Below are positions 1 to 8,181 of a DNA stretch of 64,000 bases, one piece after another (within the stretch, counting starts at the first letter, position 1; every line of letters starts with the position of its first letter). Under the pieces are notes generated by a model. It was not told the origin of the DNA and ran no database searches. It worked only from the letters and a program-made list of their open reading frames with translations. Made by a program: the position numbers and the translations under genes. This DNA is from an uncultured delta proteobacterium (lineage in GTDB: Bacteria; Desulfobacterota; Syntrophia; Syntrophales; UBA2185), in assembly GCA_963695875.1 (NCBI GenBank), contig CAVOID010000008.1:32001-96000 (forward strand). The letters are read 5' to 3'.

Positions 1-354
1 ACGAGCGTGTATAAGGTCAAAAGAGGTGATAGCCTGGATAAGATAGCGAGCAGGCACAATACTACTATCGGCGTGCTGCTTAAAATGAACAACATGAAGA
101 TGAAAGAACCTTTATACGTTGGGCGAAAGTTGAAAATACCGGATTCGAAAGGTGACGAGATGGAAGTGAAAAAATCTGTCATCGTAAAAGCCAAAACATA
201 CACTTACAGTGTCAAAAAGGGTGATACTCTAGATAAAATTGCCAGAAAGTGTAATACTAGCATCAGTGAATTGCGTAAGCTGAATCAGATTAAACGAGCT
301 GACACGCTCTATGTTAAACAGAAACTGAAACTTCCCTCAAATCCGACGTTATAA
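1..354 (+). CDS. C-terminal part of a LysM-repeat protein (possibly a lytic transglycosylase or other cell-wall hydrolase); starts upstream of the window
   Basis: Two LysM motifs (YKVKRGDSLDKIA..., YSVKKGDTLDKIA...); frame is open from the window edge. Confidence 0.85.
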   Translation, partial: TSVYKVKRGDSLDKIASRHNTTIGVLLKMNNMKMKEPLYVGRKLKIPDSKGDEMEVKKSVIVKAKTYTYSVKKGDTLDKIARKCNTSISELRKLNQIKRADTLYVKQKLKLPSNPTL

Positions 355-685
355 ACCGGGGAGGGAATCTGAATAAGGACTGACTTTTCCTTCCCTCCTC
401 TGTCATGGTCGGATTTTTTGTTTTTCCATGATAATATGTAGCGCACTCTTTATCTCTGCAATATTCATTTCCTTTTATAGCAATCTATATTGTTTCTAAT
501 CAGGTATCGATCTGTCAAGGATTCATCCTGAAAACTACACATTAGCTTGCTTTTTGTGTCTTGTATTCAGAGTCGTTTTTATAGTGGTGACAACAAGGAG
601 AGTGAGTCAACAGGCTTTTAAAAATTGCGACTGATTCTGACACCTGAGGTCTAATGGTTGCCGGGCGTAAAAAACTGATTAAAAA

Positions 686-715
686 AATTACCCCGCCCAA
701 AGGGGCGGGGTAATT
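686..715 (-). terminator. Rho-independent terminator of the oxidoreductase operon
   Basis: 13-bp perfect stem AATTACCCCGCCC/GGGCGGGGTAATT; A-run at 681-687 gives a U-tract on the minus strand, 35 nt after the stop at 751. Confidence 0.85.
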
Positions 716-750
716 ATGAATGATAATTAATGAATCCTGATTGATGACGA

Positions 751-3700
751 TCAGGAAATTTCCGCATCGCATCGCAGGCAACGGCTTGCCTCAAGGACAG
801 CTATCATCTTCTTGTAACCAAGTTCAACTTCCTTGAAGTTACGTTTCCTATCCGGTGCATGCATCTCAGGCATTTTCGCCTGTGGTGCCTCGTCGGTCTC
901 CTCATCAAGGACAAACGGCACTTCGATGTATTCATCTGGTGGTTCTACGTATGCTGGTTCACCATTGATTTTCCTGATGTAGCCATCAATATCACGTGCG
1001 GCTTGGTGACCGGCGGCAATAGCACCGATAACCGTGTCCGGTCCTGTCAAGGCATCACCACCAGTAAAGAATTTCGGATTTGTCGTTTGAGATTTGCTTC
1101 CGGATACCAGATCAAAGGTTGACCGTTTATTAACAGTCACGCCGCTATCCTTCGGAACAAATGTCATATCCGGTACCTGACCGATGGAAGCAATAACAGC
1201 ATCCACACTGAGAGTGAATTCAGATCCAGAAATTGCTACCGGTCTCCTTCTCCCGCTCTTGTCAAAATCACCCAGCTTCATCCGCTCACAGGTAATCCCG
1301 CTGACCTTCCCGTCTTTCTCATTGATCTTGAGGGGGGCGATCAGGAGTTCGATCTTGATTCCTTCCTCTTCAGCTGCAAGGATTTCTTCTTCCGCAGCGG
1401 GCATATCCCTTTTCTCACGGCGATACAGAATGGTTACATTCGCCCCAAGTCTCAGTGCTACACGGGCGGCATCAATGGCTGAATTACCGCCACCGATAAC
1501 GGCCACTCTTGAACCGAGTGTTTTCTTGCCACTTACCCAGGCTTCTTCATTGGTATTAAAATCTCTGAGGAATTCAACACCACCGAAAACGCCCTTCAGG
1601 TTTTCCCCCGGAACGCCCATCGGCTGGCTCTTATGAGCACCGGTAGCAAGGAAGATGTAGTTAAAATCCTTGTTCACCTGTTCAAAGGAAATATCCTTGC
1701 CCACTCTGGTGTTACACTTGATTTCGACGCCCAGTGATCGTACATTGTCGTTAATTTCGTTGGCAAGAGTATTCCTGGGGAGTCTATAAGCTGGAATGGC
1801 CCAGCGCAGCATTCCTCCTGGCTCAGACAGTTCTTCAAAGACGGTTACCTTATAACCCCTAAGTGCAAGGTCACGTGCTGCTGTTAGACCGGCAGGTCCT
1901 GCACCTATAACGGCTATCTTCTCTTTTCTTGTTACAGGCATAACCGCTGTTTCCGGCCTTGGTGCATTGTCAGTAATGAACCTCTTCAGGAATTTGATGG
2001 CAAGCGGTTCATCGAGGTTTCCTCTGCGGCACTTAGATTGGCACTTATGGTCACAAACTCTTCCGCATACTGATGGGAAGGGGTTTGTTTTTAGCATGAC
2101 CTTATATGCATCAGTTAAACGTTCTGCTCTGATAAGAGCAAGATAAGCCGGCACATCCATTCCTGCCGGACATGTATGCTGACAGGGCGACTTGAAAAGG
2201 GCCGAGCATACCACGGCTCTACATTTCTTATCTCTTATGTGTTCCTCATACTCATCTTTGAAGTAGCGGATGGTGCTGAGGACCGGGTTCGGAGCAGTCT
2301 GCCCGAGACCGCAGAGAGATGCCGTTTTGATTATGGCGGCCATCTCCTGGAGGAGATCAATATCTCCTTCCTTGCCCTTGCCCTGGGTGATGTTGGTCAA
2401 CAGCTCCAGCATCCTCTTTGTACCTTCCCGGCAGGGGGTACACTTTCCACAGGATTCATCCTGGACGAAATCCATGAAGAATCGGGCCATATCGACGGCG
2501 CATTTATCTTCATTCAACACAATCATACCGCCGGAACCCATGATGGCTCCCAGCTCTGTGACTCTTTCAAAGTCAACCGGGGCATTGAGGTGCTCTGTAG
2601 GGATACATCCGCCGGAAGGCCCACCCAACTGAGCGGCCTTAAACTTCTTCCCGCCAGGGCAACCGCCACCGATGTCATAGACTATCTGGCCAAGGGTCGT
2701 TCCCATGGGGACTTCCACAAGACCTACATTGTTCACGTCGCCTGTCAGGGCGAATACTTTGGTACCTTTGCTCTTCTCTGTTCCTATAGCATTGTACCAG
2801 GATGCACCGTTTAGAATAATCTGACCGATATTGGCAAACGTCTCGACGTTATTCAAGACAGATGGTTTGGCCCAGAGTCCCGCAATGGCAGGGAAGGGCG
2901 GTCTCGGCCGCGGCATACCGCGCTTGCCCTCGATGGATGTCATCAAGGCCGTCTCTTCACCGCATACAAACGCTCCGGCACCTTGGTATATCTCAATATC
3001 AACACTAAATCCGGTACCCAGGATGTTATCTCCTAAGAGACCATATTCCTTTGCCTGATCAATTGCAATCTGCAGGCGATGAAGGGCCAGAGGATACTCA
3101 GCACGGCAGTATATGTAGCCCTTATGAGCCCCAATAGCCTTAGCAGCGATGACCATGCCTTCCAGGACGGCATGGGGGTCAGCTTCGAGAACGCTTCTGT
3201 CCATAAATGCACCTGGGTCACCTTCGTCGGCATTGCACAGGATGAACTTTACATCACCTGGCTGCGAAGCGCAGAACTTCCATTTGAGACCCGTAGGGAA
3301 GCCAGCACCGCCTCTTCCGCGCAACCCTGAATCGAGGACCTCTTTTACAATCGTCTCCGGCGTCATATCCGTAAGAGCCTTTGCCATTCCCGCATAACCG
3401 TCTCTGGCAATAGACTCTTCAATGTTTTCCGGATCGATCCTGCCTCTGTTTTTCAATACTATCAGCTTCTGGAGGGCGAAAAAGGGAATGTCATTCATGG
3501 CCGGGATGAGTTCCTGGGTCATTGGTTCTTTGTAAAGAAGCCGCTCCAGAACCCTTCCCTTTACGAGATGTTCTTCAACCAGTTCCTGCATATCCTCTGC
3601 TCTCATCGACATATAGATGACGCCCTCCGGATAGGCTACCATTATGGGACCTAGGGCACAGAATCCGTTACAACCGGTTTCTACAATTTTAACCTGATCT

Positions 3701-3813
3701 GAGAATCCCCGTTTATCGAGCTCTGCCTGTAACGCCTGCTTTACTTTAGCGGTTCCGGAAGCGTGACATCCGGTTCCTCCACAGATCAAAAAATGCGAAC
3801 GAAACACTTTCAT
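751..3813 (-). CDS. HydB/NuoF-like NADH-binding flavo-FeS subunit fused to a GltD/NfnB-like FAD/NADPH-binding module
   Basis: N-terminal 2Fe-2S (CGGTGC...GCNGFC), GRGGAGFPTG, NADEGDPGAFMDR, GAFVCGEETAL, GGPSGG, ESCGKCTPCREG; then CQHTCP, CGRVCDHKCQSKC, GAGPAGL, GGGNSAIDAAR, YRR and terminal RCLRCD; AGGAGG RBS before the ATG at 3813. Confidence 0.92.
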   Translation of the reverse strand: MKVFRSHFLICGGTGCHASGTAKVKQALQAELDKRGFSDQVKIVETGCNGFCALGPIMVAYPEGVIYMSMRAEDMQELVEEHLVKGRVLERLLYKEPMTQELIPAMNDIPFFALQKLIVLKNRGRIDPENIEESIARDGYAGMAKALTDMTPETIVKEVLDSGLRGRGGAGFPTGLKWKFCASQPGDVKFILCNADEGDPGAFMDRSVLEADPHAVLEGMVIAAKAIGAHKGYIYCRAEYPLALHRLQIAIDQAKEYGLLGDNILGTGFSVDIEIYQGAGAFVCGEETALMTSIEGKRGMPRPRPPFPAIAGLWAKPSVLNNVETFANIGQIILNGASWYNAIGTEKSKGTKVFALTGDVNNVGLVEVPMGTTLGQIVYDIGGGCPGGKKFKAAQLGGPSGGCIPTEHLNAPVDFERVTELGAIMGSGGMIVLNEDKCAVDMARFFMDFVQDESCGKCTPCREGTKRMLELLTNITQGKGKEGDIDLLQEMAAIIKTASLCGLGQTAPNPVLSTIRYFKDEYEEHIRDKKCRAVVCSALFKSPCQHTCPAGMDVPAYLALIRAERLTDAYKVMLKTNPFPSVCGRVCDHKCQSKCRRGNLDEPLAIKFLKRFITDNAPRPETAVMPVTRKEKIAVIGAGPAGLTAARDLALRGYKVTVFEELSEPGGMLRWAIPAYRLPRNTLANEINDNVRSLGVEIKCNTRVGKDISFEQVNKDFNYIFLATGAHKSQPMGVPGENLKGVFGGVEFLRDFNTNEEAWVSGKKTLGSRVAVIGGGNSAIDAARVALRLGANVTILYRREKRDMPAAEEEILAAEEEGIKIELLIAPLKINEKDGKVSGITCERMKLGDFDKSGRRRPVAISGSEFTLSVDAVIASIGQVPDMTFVPKDSGVTVNKRSTFDLVSGSKSQTTNPKFFTGGDALTGPDTVIGAIAAGHQAARDIDGYIRKINGEPAYVEPPDEYIEVPFVLDEETDEAPQAKMPEMHAPDRKRNFKEVELGYKKMIAVLEASRCLRCDAEIS

Positions 3814-3892
3814 GTGGATATTATCCTCCTTCACGTAATTATATCATGATTCAGTAAGGGAGCATGCGCCCTTACCGATTATACTCATAGCC

Positions 3893-4261
3893 TCAGCCGC
3901 GGGCAATGGCGAACATGCTCTGAACTTCACCCTGCTGGACATGCCGCTTGAACACCTGGCGCATCTTGTTTGCATCCATTTGTCCGTAAACGATCGGTTC
4001 CTTACCAAGCATCTCTACCGTGACCATGGGTTCTTTGCTGCACATCCCTGCACAGCCGGATGTTGTCACCATGACATCCGCTACACCTGCTTCCGCAATC
4101 TCACTCATCAATGAATCCATCACTGATCTCGCACCGGCAGCGACACCACACGTGCCCATATGCACGGTAATTTTCGCTCTCTGGCCGCCTTCTCTCAATG
4201 CGGTTTCTGAATGAACCTTATCCTTGATTTTCTTCAAATCTGCTATCGATAATTTTGCCAT
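3893..4261 (-). CDS. Thioredoxin-like [2Fe-2S] ferredoxin (HndB/HydD-like)
   Basis: VHMGTCG...SGCAGMCSKEP motif; lies between NuoE-like and NuoF-like genes. Confidence 0.88.
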   Translation of the reverse strand: MAKLSIADLKKIKDKVHSETALREGGQRAKITVHMGTCGVAAGARSVMDSLMSEIAEAGVADVMVTTSGCAGMCSKEPMVTVEMLGKEPIVYGQMDANKMRQVFKRHVQQGEVQSMFAIARG

Positions 4262-4278
4262 AGCTTATCCCCTCATCC

Positions 4279-4791
4279 TTATAAATTGTACTGACTTATT
4301 ACTTCTTTTACCTTCGCTGGTTTCAACCTTCCGTGGACGTTCTCGCCGACGAAGATCACCGGTCCCAACCCACAGGCGCCTACGCAACGAACCGTTTCCA
4401 GGGTGAAGAGCCTGTCCAGCGGTCGTTTCTCCTTCTTCCACTTTAAGCTCTTTCTTGAACGTTTTCATAGATGATCTTGCCGCCACGGACGTAGCAGGCA
4501 GTACCCAGACACACGCGCATGGTATGCTTGCCGCGCGGGGTCATCGTAAAGAATGAATAAAATGTTACGACTCCATACACCCGACTCAGAGGCAGATTAA
4601 GCCCGCTTAGCGATGATTTTCAGGATGGGCATCGGCAGAAATTCAAGTAACATCTGCGCCTGTTCCAAAACAGGAATCAACGACCCCGCTTTGTCTTTAT
4701 TCTTGGCAATGATTTCGTCCAACTTTTTCAGTTGTTCCGGTGTAAATTCCTTTGATATATCAATATCAACATTTCCCGCTTTTGCTTTCAT
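4279..4791 (-). CDS. NuoE/HydC/HndA-like [2Fe-2S] subunit (split by frameshifts)
   Basis: LIPVLEQAQ, then after a +1 shift near 4604 [19 protein letters not shown]...[11 protein letters not shown]...[15 protein letters not shown]. Confidence 0.88.
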
Positions 4792-4820
4792 GCACTAATT
4801 CCTCCTTGCTAAAACATAAT

Positions 4821-5369
4821 TCATGCTTCCATCCCTATTTCCTTCAGGCCATCCTGAACATGTTCCCTGATGAAATTCAAGACTTCCACATTATTAATTG
4901 GCACGTCATCAATTTCTCTCTTGATGTCTTTCGTATCTAAAACATATTCCCGATCATCGTGTCGATGGCGGTATATGAAATCAACATCTGTATTACCTGC
5001 TATCAGTGTGACCAGGGTGCTCGCGATATCGCCAAGGGGTTGTCGGTCAATGTGACTTAGCTTAAATTCAGTTGCAACCCTCGTTCCTTCACCTCCCTTC
5101 GATTCTATAATAAATTTACCGTTCGTTCTTTCTGTGGCCTGAGCAAGCATCGGAAGTCCTAAACCGATGTTGCGAACCTTTTTTGTTGTGAAAAATGGAT
5201 CCATGGCTTTCTTGAGAACATCCTCACTCATGCCGGATCCATCATCTTGTATTTCTAAGGTCAGGATGTCCCTTGTCGTATTTTCAATAATGGTTATATA
5301 AACCGTTTTGGCACCGGCCCGGGTGGAATTTTCCACAATATCCAGGATATGGAGGGAAAGCTCAAGCAA
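4821..5369 (-). CDS. Stand-alone histidine-kinase-like ATPase (HATPase_c) of hydrogenase-associated cassette
   Basis: LHILDIVENS (N box), DDGSGM (G1), DPFFTTK (F), GLGL (G2); no HisKA domain. Confidence 0.85.
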   Translation of the reverse strand: MLELSLHILDIVENSTRAGAKTVYITIIENTTRDILTLEIQDDGSGMSEDVLKKAMDPFFTTKKVRNIGLGLPMLAQATERTNGKFIIESKGGEGTRVATEFKLSHIDRQPLGDIASTLVTLIAGNTDVDFIYRHRHDDREYVLDTKDIKREIDDVPINNVEVLNFIREHVQDGLKEIGMEA

Positions 5370-5372
5370 TCA

Positions 5373-6111
5373 TTACTCCTGAATATATCTTCCATCTCGA
5401 TGCTCAAAGGCCATTCTCAACTCAGATATCGTTCCTCTCTCAAGAAACATTGTTGTCGTTCCTTGTCCGATGTCCTTGATAAAATGCGCATCCGATGATT
5501 CGATGAAGGGGAAACGTGCAAGTTCCGGATATTTTATCCGCGCACCCTGTATTCCTGTTTGACGCGTTACCTCGAGGGCATCGAGAGGAGTGTCCGGGTC
5601 GATAAAACCTAACTGGCTGATGACACTGAAGCTTTCACGATCAATGTGAGAGGCGATCGCAAGGCCACCGAAACTGTGTATATAGATGAATAATTTCAAG
5701 TAACGGTAGCTTGGTTGCTCCGAGGAGGAATTTATCGTTAAAACCTTCCACTTCGTCGAGATCGTTCACTATGGCCTGGCAGCCGAATACTTCCTCTCTA
5801 TTTGTACCGGAAAGATGATTATAGATAATATCCTGGATCTTCTTCAGGTCGTCCAATGTATCAAAAAGAGCCAGCAGATGAACTTCTTCACTGCTTGTTA
5901 TTTCCATGCCCGGAAGAACCGTAAGGGGTTTTCCCTCAGCTAACCTCAAGACAAATTGCATATTCTCCGAGGCATTATGATCGCAGATCGCAATGATATC
6001 CAGTTTTTCGGCGATGGATTTCTCAACCACGGCCCTCGGATACATGTCCAAATCTGCACAGGGTGAAAGACATGTATGTACATGGAGATCGCAGCGAAAA
6101 GCCCTGAGCAT
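5373..6111 (-). CDS. PHP-domain phosphoesterase (frameshift near 5690)
   Basis: DLHVHTCLSPC, ICDHN, GMEIT, HLL, HIDR, SSDAH across ORFs 5641-6111 and 5373-5699. Confidence 0.88.
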
Positions 6112-6180
6112 AAGGATTTAGTATCCACATAGAAGAAAAGACCGTCATCAATGGTCTGTTTCTCTCTGTTTGTCTCCGTA

Positions 6181-6523
6181 TTAAGCGGTCTTTTTAATTA
6201 AGTCGTATATCCTGCCCGTGACCTCAAACCCGGACAGACTCTGATACCATTATAGGGATACCTTCTTTTATTGCTTTCTCAAGGGTATCCTTAGCCGGTT
6301 CGCTGTCCTGAACGAGAATGATTCCGGCATGTTCTTTAAGACTGGCAACGGCAACAATATTCTGATGAACCTGACGGGTGATCCAGATGTCACCTTCTTT
6401 GCTGTTTGCCATGACATCACTCAATAAATCTCCCGTGTATCCTCCCCGTATTTCTCTTTTCAGCTTGTCTTCGCCGGATCTTACTTTCAAATTCAAGGCT
6501 TTGACGATAGATTCAAAATCCAC
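6181..6523 (-). CDS. DRTGG-domain protein (frameshift near 3' end)
   Basis: GGYTGDLLSDVMA...WITRQVHQNIVAVA; C-terminus SGFEVTGRIY continues in another frame to a stop at 6181. Confidence 0.82.
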
Positions 6524-6545
6524 GTCATCAAGCTCCTTTTCTCAG

Positions 6546-6994
6546 TTATTGTAAAGAGGTACTATTTGTTTTAATAATCATTTTCAAATGAGTTCCCTTG
6601 CCGACTTCGGATGAGATATGAAATATATCAGAAAAACTTTTTATATTGCACAGTCCCATTCCGGCACCGAATCCCATTTCTCTGATTTTCTGATTTGCTG
6701 TTGACCATCCCGGTTGCATGGCCAGTTCAATATCGGGAATTCCCTGGCCTTCATCGATAGCTTCTATCATAATACAATCAGGAACAACACGGAGACGAAT
6801 CATTCCCTTTCTCGCATATGAAACAATATTTATTTCGGATTCATACGCAACAAGGGCAGCTTTCCTGACCAGATCGCTGGGAAGGCCCATTTTCTTCAAA
6901 ATCGCTTTAATATTGCTCGATACCTCCCCGGCATTAGTCGAAATTACCGCCAACAACTGTAGAAACTTCCTTCATATAAGGGTTTTTCATCCAC
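6546..6994 (-). CDS. RsbT/anti-sigma-factor-like Ser/Thr kinase (5' end frameshifted)
   Basis: AGEVSSNIK, AYESEINIV, DEGQGIPDIELAMQPGWST, GFGAGMGL; upstream GGNF segment is in another frame. Confidence 0.85.
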
Positions 6995-7003
6995 GGTTAC
7001 TAT

Positions 7004-7366
7004 CTATTTACTCCCCACTTTTTCTATACAACCCTTAATACCTTTTGTGTATAACCGTCCGGCAATCTCAAAGAGTATGTATTTCGTTGTAAGAATGGGG
7101 ATATTCAGTTCCTCCGCTAATTGAAAGGTTTCCTGGGAAGGCCTTTTTCCTCTACCCATGATAATAGCTGCGATATCAAGTACGTCTGCTGTTCTCACAA
7201 CCTGCGGATTGGTTAATCCCGTAATTAAAAGACTTCCTGCTGTCGCAAAGGCAAGGACGTCGCTCATCAGGTCGGCAACGAAAGCCTTGTTTACTTCCAT
7301 ATCTAACTGATCTTCACCGATGAGAACTTCCGCATCAAGAAGCTCTTTTATCTCACGGAGGGTCAA
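7004..7366 (-). CDS. DRTGG-domain protein
   Basis: ADLMSDVLAF...LLITGLTNPQVVRTA; AGGAGA RBS before the TTG at 7366. Confidence 0.85.
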   Translation of the reverse strand: MTLREIKELLDAEVLIGEDQLDMEVNKAFVADLMSDVLAFATAGSLLITGLTNPQVVRTADVLDIAAIIMGRGKRPSQETFQLAEELNIPILTTKYILFEIAGRLYTKGIKGCIEKVGSK

Positions 7367-7475
7367 TGTATATCTCCTAAAAGTTGATGAGATTTTCGAC
7401 ACAAGTCATCTCTCGCAAATAATACCAAATGTGTTTTTGTTGAGTCATGAAAAACATATATAAAGTACGGGAGAG

Positions 7476-7504
7476 CGCTTACCATACGTAACGGGCTATG
7501 TCAA
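7476..7504 (-). promoter_or_regulatory. Putative sigma70 promoter of the DRTGG-oxidoreductase operon
   Basis: Minus strand TTGACA-17 nt-TAAGCG with TG extension; the -35 is part of a TGTCAA-N8-TTGACA palindrome (7499-7518). Confidence 0.5.
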
Positions 7505-8181
7505 CATAATTTTTGACAACTTTATAAAAAGGCCAAAGCTTAGACTGCTGCATTAATCCATAACTGCCGCATGTATAATGCTTGCTTCCATACCTCTGAT
7601 TATAGATGTCTTGCATTAGATATTTTTTGTATTAAGGATTGGTAATCCATCTGTCAGCAAACAGCCAAACTTCAGTCTAATTTGCACTTCATTCTTAGTA
7701 ATTACAAAGCGCTTCTGAATAGAGAGTCATTACTTTGATTAGTGCCCTATGTTGTTGATTCCAACTCAATTCTGACCGTGCACATACCGCAATATCCGCA
7801 TTGCAGGCAGGATAAGGGGTTCGGTGTAAGCATATCTTGCCTTGCGGCAGGCACCACCCTATGGGCGGGAGCTTCATTTTTGATGAGATGATTATTGTCA
7901 ATATCTTTTACAACTATTTATGAAATCTTTGTTTCTATTTCCCTGTCATTTGCCGTTATATAGACTTTATATGATTATCGGTGAAAATATGTCGTAGATA
8001 TTGTTATAAACAGGGTTTATCAAATATTTCTTCAATTCCGTATCCTTTTATGATAAAAAAATCTCCTTCTGCAAACTACTTTGAGGATGTATTATGCTGT
8101 ATTTGTTTAAGAACTCTTATCGCAACTTTTCATATCAGAACGATATTATTTCACATTTGATTGGAGTAACAAAATTCAGGC

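Noticed and set aside
859..3397. Many long plus-strand ORFs antisense to the NuoF-GltD gene (similar ones oppose lepA, ligA, fusA and secA)
   Set aside because: Shadow ORFs of conserved coding sequence with no motifs or RBS
4597..4610. Programmed frameshifting or selenocysteine readthrough in the nuoE-like and other split genes
   Set aside because: The breaks are frame changes, not in-frame TGA codons at Cys positions; there are no slippery heptamers, and essential genes show the same pattern, so assembly error is more likely
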